This document shows, piece by piece, positions 25,521 through 39,463 of a stretch of 64,000 bases of DNA. Source of the DNA: the human T2T-CHM13v2.0 reference genome, Homo sapiens; the NCBI RefSeq assembly GCF_009914755.1, contig NC_060936.1, one strand, 5' to 3'. Made by a program: the position numbers and the translations under genes. The notes under the pieces were generated by a model. That model saw nothing but the letters and a program-made list of their open reading frames with translations, was not told where the DNA came from and made no database searches. Position 1 is the stretch's first letter, and every line of letters starts with the position of its first letter.

Positions 25521-25995
25521 CCATCACCACCACAAACTGAAGGCCAAAGGAATTATCTTAGCCTTGACCTGCTACACACAGCTGCATCAACTGCAGGAGT
25601 TTTACATTTTTAATATATATCATCAACCTGCATTTTCTCCTTTCAATAGCAATTATGGGCTTTTGTGATTCTGTGTAAAGGCTGCCCAAGGGAATATCTA
25701 GTGCATTTGCTCATGTTTAGCAGTGATGTATGTTGATGGGCATTGAGCTACAGATATTCTAGATGCATCTCTATATACACACACACACCATACAAACCCA
25801 CAAAATACACAGACACTCTACACATTGGTAGACTACAATTTGGTACACGTTGTGTAGACTACACTTTGACTCTACACATTGGTAGATTAAAACTTGGGCC
25901 TCTTCAATGTAACAGATTACCTACCTGTCTATTCTCTGATTGTCTTTTTTAAAGTACAAGTAGTGTCTTTTACATTGCCTTGCTAGATATTTTCT
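25521..25995 (+). repeat. Donor copy of the segment duplicated into Tigger1
   Basis: Direct repeat of 23371-23804, with an extra ~54-bp internal patch. Confidence 0.92.
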
Positions 25996-26229
25996 GGTAC
26001 TCTTCTACTCCAAGAAACAGTTCACTGATCTGAAATATGAAAGCAGACAGTGTCACTGAAGAGAATTACAACTCTTGTAAACACCGTGAATGTCTCCAGT
26101 AACTTATTCAGTAATACATCAACATCAGAATAAAGGTCATGAGAGACCACACTCACCTGAGCAATGCAGCAGCATAGGCCAAAGCTTTCCAACAGGTAAA
26201 ATCAAGAACATAGATAGATGCTCAATAGG

Positions 26230-28506
26230 TGATATGGTTTGGCTGTGTCCCCACCCAAATCTCAACTTGAATTATATCTCCCAGAAATCCCACCTGTTGT
26301 GGCAGGGACCCAGGGGGAGGTAATTGAATCATGGGGACTGGCCTCATGTGCTATTCTTGTGATAGTGAATAAGTTTTACGAGATCTGATGGGTTTATTAG
26401 GGGTTTCCATTTTTGCTTCCTCCTCATTTTTCTCTTGCTGACACCATGTAAGAAGTGACTTTCACCTCCTGACATGATTCTGAGGCCTCCTCAGCCATAC
26501 GGAACTGTAAGTCCAATTAAACCTCTTTTTGTTCCCAGTTTCTGGTATGTGTTTATCAGCAGTGCGAAGACAAACTAATACAGTAAATTGGTAGCAGTAG
26601 AATGAGGCACTGCTGAAAAGATTCCTGAAAATGTGGAAGCGACTTTGGAACTGGGTATCAGGCAGAGGTTGGAACAGTTCGGAGGACTCAGAAGAAGATG
26701 GGAAAATGTGGGAAAGTTTGGAACGTCCTAGAGACTTGTTGAATGGCTTTGACAAAAATGCTGGTAGTGATATGAACAATAAAGTCCAGGCTGAGGTGTT
26801 CTCAGATGGAGTTGAGGAACTTGTTGGGAACTGAAGCAAAGGTGACTCTTATGTTTTAGCAAAGAAACTGGTGACATTTTGCCTCTGCCCTAGAGATTGT
26901 TGAAACTTTGAACTTGAGAGAGATGATTTAAGGTATCTGGTGGAAGTAATTTCTAACCAGCAAGGCACTCAAAAGGTGACTTGGATGCTATTAAAAGCAT
27001 TCCATTTTTAAAAGGGAAACAGAGCATAAAACTTCAGAAAATTTACAGCCTGACAATACAGTAAAAAGAAAACCCTACTTTTTGAGGAGAAATTCAAGCT
27101 GGCTGTAGAAATTTGCATAAGTAGCAAAGAGCCTAATGTTAATCCCCATGACCATGGGGAAAATGTCTCCAGGCCCTGCCAGAGACCTTCATGGCAGCCC
27201 CTCCCATCACAGGCCTGGAGGTCCAGGAGGAAAAAGTGGTTTTGTGGGTCAGGCCCAGGGCCCCAGTGCTGTATGCAGCCTAGGGACTTGGTGCCTTGTG
27301 TCCCAGCTGCTCCAGCCATGGCTGAAAGGGGACAATGTGGAGCTTGGGCTGTGGGTTCAGAGGGTGGAAGCCCCAAGCCTTGGCAGCTTCCACATGGTGT
27401 TGAGCCTGCAGGTGTCCAGAAGTCAAGAATTGAGGTTTGGGAACCTCCGCCTAGATTTCAGATGTATGGAAGTGCCTGGATGCCCAGGCAAAAGTTTGCT
27501 ACAGGGGCAGGGCGCTCATGGAGAAACTCTGCTAGGGCAGTGTGGAAGGGAAATATGGGGTGGGAACCCCACACAGAGTCCCTACTGGGGCACTGGCTAG
27601 TGGAGCTGTGAGAAAAGGGCCACAACCCTCCAGACCCCAGAATGGTAGATCCACTGGCAGCTTGCACCATGGTGCCTGGAAAAGCCACAGACACTCAATG
27701 CCAGCCATGAAAACAGCCAGGAGGGAGGCTGTACCCTGCAAAGCCACAGAGGAAGAGCTTCCCAAGAACATAGAAACCTATCTTTCTCAGCAGCATGACC
27801 TGTATGTGAGACCTGGAGTCAAAGAAGATCATTTTGGTGTTTTAAAATTTGATGTCCTGCTGCATTTTGGACTTGCATGGGCCCTGTAACCCCTTTGTTT
27901 TGGCCAATATCTCCCATTTGGAATGGCCATATTTACCCAATAACTGTATGCCCATTGTATCTAGGAAGTAACTAGCTTGCTTTTGATTTTACAGGTTCTT
28001 AGGTGGAAGGGACTTGCCTTGTCTCAGGTGAAACTTTGGACTGTGGACTTTTGGGTTAATGCTAAAATGAGTTAAGAATTTGGGGGACTGTTGAGAAGAC
28101 ATGATTGGTTTTGAAATATAAGGACATGAGATTTGGAGGGGCCAGGGGTGGAATGATATGGTTTGGCTGTGTCCCTACCCAAATCTCAACTTGAATTGTA
28201 TCTCCTAGAATTCCCAAATGTTGTGGGAGGGACCCAGGGGGATAATTGAATTATGGGGGCTGGTCTTTCCCATGCTATTCTTGTGATAGTGAATAAATCT
28301 CATGAGATCTGATGGGTTTATCAGGTGTTTCCCCTTTTGCTTTCTCCTCATTTTTCTCTTGCCTCCACCATGTAAGAAGTGCCTTTTACTTCCCACCATG
28401 ATTCTGAGGCCTCCCCAACCATGTGGAACTGTAAGCCCAATTAGACCTCCTTTTGTTCCCAGTTTCAGGTATGTCTTTATCAGCAGCATGAAAACAAACT
28501 AATACA
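26230..28506 (+). mobile_element. Complete THE1A MaLR provirus (5'LTR 26230-26582, internal 26583-28153, 3'LTR 28154-28506)
   Basis: Two LTRs tgatatggtttggctgtg...ctaataca with the THE1A-type 'ctcaacttgaatt'; THE1-int start 'gtaaattggtagcagtag' and purine tract 'ggaggggccaggggtggaa' before the 3'LTR. Confidence 0.95.
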
Positions 28507-31449
28507 TTGGAGGGTAATTGGATCTGTTCAATCCTTGGCTACTGAAATGTAGCTACCTTTCCCACACTGGTCAAAGGGATCTTCCCAGATTTCCCTCCTA
28601 ATGAAATTCTTTTAATGCTATTCATTGATTAAGTTTTCCTGTTTTGTTTTTTTGTTTTTTTTTTCTAACTTGCTATTATCTGTGTCAGTCTCTCCTTGTT
28701 TTATAATCATAAGTACTTTTGTTTTTGCCATCTTTGCCCTACCAATGAGGCTGTGTATGTTTCCTTTGTGTATGTTAGATATTTTCTTTAGATAATCCAC
28801 AAGAGAAGTATGGCGAGAATTTGATTGAAGTATAGGTCCATGACAGAGGGGTTGGGGAAATAAGGAGTTGGATTAAATAGAGTTAAGGATAATAGAAATA
28901 CAGAGAGGCATAGGAGATCAAAATGTGGATGAGGATGATCAGATTCTGTGATACTGAAGGACTAGTAAAGAGGAAAGACAGGAAGTTATATTCAGAAAGG
29001 GGAAAATCAGTTGGAGATTACAAAAACAAAATGAAGATGTGAGAATGTGGGTAGATTGACTGACCTGTGTTGAAGGGTTGAAGTTGAGTGGGCCAAAGAC
29101 TTTTGTTTCATTTGATTATTAGAGAATAAAGAGTGCTTTTCAGAGGTTTTAATAATCACCGCAGGGTTCTTCAAATCTTTAAATGTTTTTCTTCAAGCAT
29201 TCAAAAGGTAATTTCGTGCTTAAAAGCTGCCCCATTAAGGGAGCTGTTATCTTACATTTCTCAATGCCCTAATCACCCATAAATTGAATTAAAAGCACAG
29301 GTTTCCAGATTTTCTTTTGGATTAATCATAATTACCCAGCAAATAGTTTTCAAAAATCAGTAGGTTGCAAAAATAGTATTTGGTTGGTACAGTATGCTTT
29401 AATTCCATCAACATTTATCAGTCAGCTGTATTTCCTGCTGACCTCGTGTTGTACTTCAGAGAAACTTGTATAATTAGACTTACAGAGCAAGAATATTTTG
29501 AAGCATCCACTGTACCCACGTCTTTTTACATCATAATACTATGTGAAAAGTATAAAAAATTAATTCAACTATTTTTAAACTTTAAGATTTTAAACAATTT
29601 TCTTGATATTCTAATTAATCAAGTACTTTATGCTTTGCCCTAGAAGCAACTTTCAACATAGACTAACCAAAAAATAAATTTTATAATGTGAGTAGTTTTT
29701 CTCACTGAGTTGGTCTGATGGTATCTTATCAGATTTCTTTTCGGGAAACAACATTTTTTGTTTTTCTCCAAGGACCAATTCAGAAAAAAACAAAAATGTC
29801 TACCAGACATGTTTAAAAAGTTAACATAAAAATTTTCTTTTAGGGAGTGCCAAGGAAATGCATATTCTAATGAGATAGATTATTATAAAATAGTGCAATG
29901 TATTTTGAAAAGTAGCACTCTATTTGAGCCACAAGAAATTTAATATTTGGTATATTTTAGAAGTAACATTAAGGCTATTTTCTAATTTTTAATCCCTCAT
30001 ATTTTTAATACTTAAAAATATGTTCACTTAAGGAATTTAACTTTAAGACAACCCTAAATGTAGATATTATTTTCAATCTTAGGTGTAAAACTCCTTAGGG
30101 TAGTAAAATAACTTCCTTAAAGCTACATGGGAAATTATATACAGAAGGGGCTTAAAAGAATTTATTCCATTAAGTAAAAAGTAAGGAGAGACACAGGGCT
30201 GTAGACATAAATTAGGAGTTAGTAGAATATAGATGATATAACATGAGACAAGATGATGAATCCAAAAATGATACCCAAAGACTCTCTCAATTCTCAACTG
30301 TTAAAGTGAGGACATTTATTGGAAAAGAATGGGACCCTGCAACTTGGAATGGGGACGTGTGGGAGGACCCTGATGAGGCTGGGGGTACTGAACTCCTAAA
30401 TTCTGATGAGCCTTTTTTGCCAGAAAAAATGGCCTCCCCCCACCACCCCAGTGCTGGCAACATCTCCTCCCCTACCCATGCTGCCATCAGCCTTTCCACC
30501 TTTGTCTGAGGATATTAACACTGCAAGCCTGAGGCAACAGTGATAGCCTCCTCTGAAGCAGTTGCCAGGTAAGACAATGCCGATTCTCCTCAGGACCCAC
30601 CCCTAATATCTCTGTTTGTTTCTAGACCTATAACTAGACTAAAGTTGTGGCAAACCCCAAGAGGTGAGTTTATAGTGTGACCCACAAAGAGCTGTACTAC
30701 ACTCCAAAAGACATGCTAGAGTTTTCTAATTTACATTAGCAGAAATCTGGAGAACAGGCATGGGAATTAATATTAAGGGTGGGGGATAATGGCAGAAAGA
30801 ACATAAAGTTGGATCAGGCTAAATTTATTGATATGGGCCCACTAAGCAGGGATTCTGCATATAATGTTGTACCTCAGGGAGTTAAAAAAGGTTCTGATAG
30901 TTTATTTGCTTGGTTAGCTGAAACATGGATCAAAAGATGACCCTTCTGAGTGAGCTGGAAATGCCTGATCTCCCTTGGTTTAATGTAGAGGAAGGGATCC
31001 AAAGGCTAATGGAGATTGGAATGCTAGAGCAGGTTTGTCACTTTAGACCAATTCATCCCACTGGGAGGGTGCAGAACACATACCCTTCACCGATGCCTTC
31101 TGAAACAGATTTGTGAGGGGAGCACCTGCATTCTTGAAGAGCTCTGTGATTGCTCTTCTCTGTATGCCAGATCTTACATTGGGAACCACAGTCACTCAAT
31201 TGGAAAACTTAAATGCTATAGGAATAATTGTATCCCAAGGTGGCATGGGCCAAGTGGTGGCACTCAACTGTCAAGGGCAAAGTCAGTGTAGCTACTAGAG
31301 TGGACAGCACAGACAGCAGCAATCAGAATAGTCTGACTTGTGTAGAGTTCTGGCACTGGCTAGAGTGTTCCTAGAAGTGAAATTAATAGGAAGTGAATTC
31401 TTACTTAATTTATATAAGCAGAAAACTTCCAGGCTGAGTTGAATTATAA

Positions 31450-32527
<1,078 letters not shown>

Positions 32528-32739
32528 AAAAATAGAGAATAATGACCCCTCTATCAACTTCCAGACTTGAACCAGTTTACAGACAAAGAACGCTTTGAAT
32601 GAAGGGGACATGGGGTCCCCTTGAGGAAGGCCCCAACTACACTACTGACAATTTATGCTGTTAATTTTTCTCCCATCTTTCCCCAGGGAGACCTCTGGCC
32701 TTTTATCAGGGTAATGTGCACTGAGGAAAAGGGAATGAT

Positions 32740-35700
32740 GAGAATTTTCGGGCAACACTGGACACTGGCTCTGAGCTGATGTTCATTCCAGGGTACCCAA
32801 AATGTCATTGTTGTCCTCCAGTTAAACTAGGGGCTTATGGAGATCAAGTAATTAATGGAGTTTTAGCTCAGGTCTGACTTACAGTGGGTCCAGTGGGTCC
32901 CCAGACTCATCTTGTGGTCATTTTCCCAGTGCCAGAATGCATAATTCGCATAGACATGCTTAGCAGCTGGCATAACCCCCCACATTGGCTCCTTGACTAG
33001 TAGGATGAGAGCTATTATGATGGGAAAGGCCAAATGGAAGCCATTAGAGGTGCCTCTACCTAGAGAAATAGTAAATAAAAAACAATATCTCATCCCTGGA
33101 GGGATTGCAGAGATTAGTGTCACCATCAAGGACTTGAAAGATGCAGGGGTGGTGATTCCCATCACCTCCCTCTTCAACTCTCCTATTTGGCTTGTGCAGA
33201 AGACAAATGGATCTTGGAGAATGATTGTGGATTATCGTAAGCTTAACCAAGTGGTGACTCCAATTGCAGCTGCTGTACCAGAAGTGGTTTTGGCAAATTC
33301 CTTTTTCTCCATTCTGTCCATAAGGCCCACAAGAAGCAATTTGTCTTCAGCTGGCAAGGCCAGCAGTATATCTTTATCATTCTACCTCAGGGGTATAACA
33401 ACTCTCTGGCTTTGTGTCAGATTTTTTTTTTTTTTTTTTTTTGAGACAGAGTCTCACTCTGTCACCCAGGCTGGAGTACAGTGGCATGATCTCAGCTCAC
33501 TGCAACCTCTGCCTCCCAGGTTTAAGAAATTTTCTGCCTCAGCCTCCCAAGTAGCTGGGATTACAGGCGTGTGCCACCACGCTCTGCTAATTTTTTGTAT
33601 TTTTAGTAGAGATGGGGTTTCACCATCTTGGCCAGGCTTGTCTTGAACTCTTGACCTCGTGATCTACCCACCTCGGCCTCCCAAACTGCTGGGGTTACAG
33701 GTGTGAGCCACATAATCTTATTCAGAGAGATCTTGATCGCTTTTTGCTTCTGCAAGATATCATACTGGTCCATGACATTGATGACATTATGCTGATTAGA
33801 TCCAGTGAGCAAGAAGTAGCAAACACACTGGACTTATTGGTGAGACATTTGCATGCCAGGGGATGGGAAATAAATCTAACTAAAATTCAGGGACACCTGT
33901 TACCTCGGTAAAATTTCTAGGGATCCAGTGATGTCAGGCCTGTTGAGATATTCCTTCTAAGGTGAAGGATAAGTTACTGCATTTGACCCCTCCTACAACC
34001 AAGAAAGAGGCACAATGCCTAGTGGGCCTATTTGGATTTTGGAAGCAACACATTCCTCATCTGGGTGTGTTACCCCGGCCTATTTATTGAGTGATCTGAA
34101 AGGCTGCCAGTTTTGTGTGGGGTCTAGAAGAGAAGAAGGCTCTTCAACAGGCCCAGTCTGCTGTGCAAGTTGCCCTGCCACCTGGTCCACATGACCTAGC
34201 AGATCCCATGGTGCTTGAAGTGTCAGTGGCAGATAGGGATGCTATTTGGAGCCTTTGGCAGGCCCCCGTAGGTGAACCACAGCGGAAGCCTCTTGGATTT
34301 TGGAGCAAGGTTCTGCTGTCTTCTGTAAAAAAACTACTCTCCTTTTGAGAGACAGCTCTTGGCCTGCTACTGGGCTTCGGTAGAAACAGAACGTTTGACC
34401 ATGGGGCATCAAGTCACCATGAGATGTAAACCACCTATCATGAACCAGCTGCTTTCTGACCCATCTAGCCATAAAGTTGGGCATGCACAGCAGCATTCCA
34501 TCATCAAATGGAAGTGGCATATATGTGATCAGGCTTGGGCAGGTCCTGAAGGCATGAGTAAGTTACATGAGGAAGTGGCTCAAATGCCCATAGTCTCCAT
34601 TCCTGCCACCCTGCCTTTTCTACCCCAGCCTGCACCAGTGGCCTCATGGGGAGTTCCCTATGACCAGTTGACAGAGGAACAGAAGACAAGGGTCTGGTTT
34701 ACAGATGGCTCTGAATGATATTCAGGCACCACCCAAAAGTAGACAGCTGCAGCACTACAGCTTCTTTCTAGGACATCCCTGAAGGACAGCAGTGAAGGGA
34801 AATTTTCCCAATAGGCAGAACTTCAAGCAGTGCACCTGGTCGTGCACTTGGCATGGAGGGACAAATGGCCAGATGTGTGATTATATACTGATTCTTGGTC
34901 TGTAGCCAATGATTTGGCTGGATGGTCAGGGACTTGGAAGAAGCATGACTGGAAAATTGGTGACAAAGAAATCTGGGAAAGAGGTATGTGGAGGGACCTC
35001 TTTGGTGAAAAAGTGTGAAGATATTTGTATCCTATGTGAGTGCTCACCAATGGGTGACCTCAGCAGAGGGGGATTTTAATAATCAAGTAGATAGGATGAC
35101 TCATTCTGTGAACACCACTCAGCCTCCTTCCCCAGCCACCCCTGTCATTGCCCAGGGGGCCTATGAACAAAGTGGCAATGTTGGCAGGGATGGAGGTTAT
35201 GGATGGGCTCAGCAATGTGGACTTCCACTCACCAAGGCTGACCTGGCTACAGCCACTGCTGAGTGCCCAATTTGCCAGCGGTGGAGACCAACACTGAGCC
35301 CTCGATATGGCAACATTATTTGGGGTGATCAGCCAACTACTTTGTGGCAGGTTTATTATATTGGACTTTTTCATCATGGAAAGGGTAGCAGTTTGTCCTC
35401 ACTGGAATAGACACTTATTCCAGATATGGGTTTGCCTATCCTGCACACAATGCTTCTGCCAAGACTACCATCCATGGACTCCCAGAATGCCGTATCCACC
35501 ATTATGGTATTCCACACAGCATTGCCTCTGACAAAGGCACTCACTTTACAGCTAAAGAAGTGCAGCGGTGGGCTCATGCTCATGGAATTCACTTGTCTTA
35601 CCATGTTCCCTATTATCCTGAAGCAGCTAGATCAATAGAATGTTGGAATGGCCTTTTGAAGTAATAATTACAATGCCAACTAGGTGACAATACTTTGCAG

Positions 35701-35843
35701 GTCTGGGGCAAAGTTTCCCAGAAGGCTGTGTGTGCTCTGAATCAGCATCCAATATATGGTACTGTTTCTTCCATAGCCAGGATTTGTGGGTCCAGGAATC
35801 AAGGGGTGAAAGTGGAAGTGGTACCACTCACCATCACCCCTAG
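32740..35843 (+). pseudogene. ERVL pro-pol pseudogene (protease, RT, RNase H, integrase)
   Basis: Fragmented ORFs at 32993, 34115, 34359, 35015 and 35695; many stops and frameshifts; YIDD motif reads DIDD (cat gac att gat gac). Confidence 0.9.
33422..33711 (-). mobile_element. AluS (Sg/Sc-type) nested in ERVL RT
   Basis: T-tail, two arms, 'gacctcgtgatc' 2-bp deletion; first ~11 nt absent. Confidence 0.95.
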
Positions 35844-36623
35844 TGACAAGGGAGAATTCTCTGGTCCCCTTTTTGGGGACTTGTGACAGGGGTGTGGCTC
35901 ACTTACTTGGCTGTGGCATTCAAACCCCTGTGGGAGGGGTAGCACACAGATAAGCCTGTGCTGGGGCTGGGACAAGGGCTTTTGGGGTCTGGCCCCATGG
36001 ATGTATGGGTGTGTTACAATTAATGCTCTTTTAGCAGTTGCTGTCCACGGATGGCTAAGTGGAGAGTCAGAGTGACAGCTCACTGGAGAGTCAGGGTGAT
36101 AGCCTTTTACACCCTGCCTTTACCCAGCTCAGTGGAGAGTCAGAATGATAGCCTTTTACACCCTGCCCTTTTGGTACCTGGGTCCTTGTCCAGCATCTGG
36201 GAAGAATCATGTCACACGGACTTGAAGGATGGTGAATGCAGAGGTTTTATTAAGCTGTGGAAGTGGCTCTCAAAGCAAGGAGAGCTGGAAAGGGGATAAC
36301 GCAGGAAGAAGGTAATCTTTCCTTGAAGCCCAGACATCTCTGGCCAGGCTTCTCACCAAAGTCGTGCTGTCTGATGTTAAGCTGAGTCTATCTGCAGTCC
36401 CCAAAGCTCAGTTTCTGCTGCTTCTCTTGACATTCAGCTGCTTGTCCCTCTGCAAGCTGAGGTCTGGGGTTTATATGAGCACAGAATGTGGGGGTGGGGT
36501 GGGCCAAAAATCAACATTTGGGCACAAAAACTGGAATGCCTTTTCTAGTTTAGGGCCGGGGGTCCAGGCTTAAGGGTGAAGCCCTCCCTAGGGATGCCAC
36601 CCTCCTGCCTCCTGTCCCTATCA
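35844..36623 (-). mobile_element. ERV1 solo LTR (LTR1/LTR27/LTR28/MER52 group) nested in ERVL integrase
   Basis: tga...tca termini; minus strand starts tgatagggacaggaggcagg; 4-bp TSD CTAG at 35840-35843 and 36624-36627; ERVL sequence resumes exactly afterwards. Confidence 0.88.
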
Positions 36624-36646
36624 CTAGTGACTCACTAGCAACATTT

Positions 36647-36960
36647 TTGTTTTCTGTTACTGTGATATTACATTCTGCTGGCCCAGAGGTCTTAGTTCCA
36701 GAGTGGGGAATGCTGCCACCAGGAGACACAACAATAATTCCATTAAATTGGAAGTTAAGATTGCCCTGGACCACTTTGGGCTCCTCTTTTCCTCTAAGTC
36801 AACAGCTTACGAGGGGAGTTACAGTGTTGGCTGTGGTGATTGACCCAAACTATCAAGATGAAATCAGTCTATTACTCCACAATGCAGGTAAGGAATAGTA
36901 TATGTGAAGTACAGGAGATCCAATAGGGCATTTCTTAGTATGACTATGCCCTGATTAAGG
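36647..36960 (+). pseudogene. ERVL dUTPase remnant
   Basis: 'GMLPPGDTTIIPLNWKLRLP...GVTVLAVVIDPNYQDEISLLLHNAG' contains a dUTPase motif-III-like VIDxxY; position after integrase is characteristic of ERV-L. Confidence 0.85.
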
Positions 36961-37199
36961 TCAAGGGGAAACTTACAATGACCCAATCCACGAAGGACTA
37001 CAAATGGCACAGACCCTTCAGGAATGAAGGTTTGGATCCCTGCACCAGGTTAAAAAACATGACCCACTGAGATTTTTGCTTCTAGAAGGCAAAGGGAATA
37101 CAGAATGGGTAGTAGAAGAAGTAGTCATCAATACCAACTACAACCCCATGACCAATTGCAGGAATGAGTACTGCAATTGTCATGAGTGTTTCTTCCTTC

Positions 37200-37259
37200 T
37201 TTTGTTAAGAACATATTTGTGCATGTATATTTTGTTAAGAACATATTTGTGCATGTATA
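37200..37259. repeat. Perfect 30-bp tandem duplication in the ERVL 3' region
   Basis: ttttgttaagaacatatttgtgcatgtata x2. Confidence 0.95.
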
Positions 37260-39463
37260 CACTTGTACTAAGAAAAAATCTTCATTTTACTTGCTTTATT
37301 TTTCTGTTATGTGACATAAGATTTATTGACTTCCTATCAGCATTTAAGTGCTGTTAACTTTATGTAATAGCATTTAGGTTAAGGATTAGTGTGCTTCCAG
37401 TAGCATGCAACCACTCTATTGACCAGTGGTTCTAGGTCAATAGAATGGTGGTGTAGGAGGCATTGGGAATCACAGAGTGATTGGTAAGGATTTTCTAGGA
37501 TTTGCTCACAATCTGCCAAGCAAAGTACAGAAGGGGAGAATAAACAGAAGAACAAGTTGTTGAAATAATAGAAATCTGCATTAACTGATGAAGATCAGTG
37601 TTCCTTCTCCCACACTTTTCCTTGATGATGTATTTTGAGAGAAGTTGGTGATGGGGAAAATCAAAATAGATACACATGGAATGAATTATTGATACTACCC
37701 AGTATCAATAATACTAACATAACTCATTGATGAAATATTATTGGTGAATTATTAGAAAATGAGATTGCTGTATCTTGGGTCTTCTTCTTAAGAATTGGTC
37801 ACCCTTTACTTAGCCTCAGATAGAAGTCTGCATGACCTCAAAGTCCTCAAACTTACATTTCACCCACATTGATTTGGAGGAAAAGCTGCAGCAAGCAGTC
37901 AAGGACTGCGAGGACAGTGGCTGTGAGAATGGCACATCTCAGATTTACGTTATTCCTGCACGAGTTTGTTTAACTTAGCTCTCTAGTTAAAGGTATGATA
38001 ATTTCTCCCCAATATCTTCCTAATTGCCAGGGGCTGCTTTGGGGCTTATGGGAACTCTGAAGGCAACAAAGAAAGGCTTGCACAAGGAGTGAAATAAGAT
38101 AGGGTCAAATTGATGTTTTATGATGTGGCTCAGCTTTCTCTGTTGGGCAGTCATGGGACGATCTGTGAGGAAGTGGTCGATTTTTTCCTTCATGAAGATC
38201 TAAGGATAGACCTGATGGCAGAGGCTCACTCAAGTAAAGCTAAATTTCAGCTGCTGAGGACTCTGATGCATTATTTCTAGCACCCAAACTGTGTTCCTCG
38301 TGACGGACATTCTCTCGCTTAACTATTTCACATTCAGCTCAAGTTCCCCTCCCCCATTACAAGCACAAGTGTGCATACACACACCCTCACTCACACACTT
38401 GCACCCTCCAAACTCTTCTTCTGAGATTCCTTCCCATTCTTTAACTATCTGGAATTCCATCTAGTAACCCTCCTACTAGGTCCTCCTACCTCTATTTCTC
38501 CAGATCCCTTTTATTCCTCTATGCAAGTCTTAGCCTCACATCCTTTCTTATTATAGTTCTTAATGAACTAGTAAGTCCAAAGCCTGGACTATTAGTAAAC
38601 AAAAATAAGTTTTATTTTCCTTGAGGCCAAGGAGATACTTTCTTCAAATGTTCAATCTTATTCATCATAAGTGAGCTTGGAGTATTTTCATATTATTCTA
38701 AAAGTGATATGAGGACTGGCAATAATACCTTATACTTTATTCCTCTTAGAATGGGTTTAGTCACTCTAAGGCAAACAAAACAAAAGAATTAAATTCCTTT
38801 TATCCAAACAGACTGAATATTTGTACCTTGCTCTATTTTTATGTCATTAATCTAGAATAGGATTTTTTAGATGCTGTGCTGGGTGACTGAAGATATTTCT
38901 GAAGCCAAACACACCTTGCTGTTCCAGAATAGAGTCAGGATCATTGGAAATAACATTGTCTTCTTCCAAAAATGTCTAATAAGAAGAGACAGGAAGAATA
39001 GGGCAAGGAAAAGGAGGAGAGAAAGTAGAGGAGGAGGAGGAAAAAGAAAAAAAAGAGAAGCATTTACAGTATACATACTGAGATGTACAGCAAAAGAGGA
39101 AATCTTTGTCTTTGCTCAGATTTTCTTCTTTAAAATAAGCACCAGGGCTTCTATGGGTGAAAGTCTGATGGAACCTCTGATGAAAGGTACTGACAGAAGT
39201 TAAATTCCTTAGGTTAGGGGGAGAGAGTCATCTTGTTCAGATTGAACAAGATGCTGCTTACCAGATAGGTTAGTAATTCCAGGCTTCCCCAGCTGAAAAT
39301 ATTTTGCACTGGATAGTCTATTTGCCTATGATTTCATGCAGCTGGGGTGTCACAGTAGGTGGGCTTGGCAGATGAGGGAAGGGATAGGTGTACTGACAGC
39401 AGAAATGAGGTGTACAAAAAGCGAACTTTTTTTTTTTTATGAGGAGGGCAGAGTGTAGGTCTA

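Noticed and set aside
27008-27889. Cluster of overlapping 80-150 aa ORFs
   Set aside because: All fall within the GC-richer THE1-int sequence, where such ORFs are common.
32993-33646. 217-aa RT-Alu fusion ORF
   Set aside because: Decayed ERVL RT frameshifts and runs into an antisense Alu; catalytic residues are missing.
36058-36170. Repeated 'ggagagtcag...gatagccttttacaccctgcc' units
   Set aside because: Internal repeats within the LTR1-group LTR.
38980-39060. GA-rich purine tract and 110-aa ORF
   Set aside because: Simple low-complexity sequence; the R/K-rich translation is a by-product.
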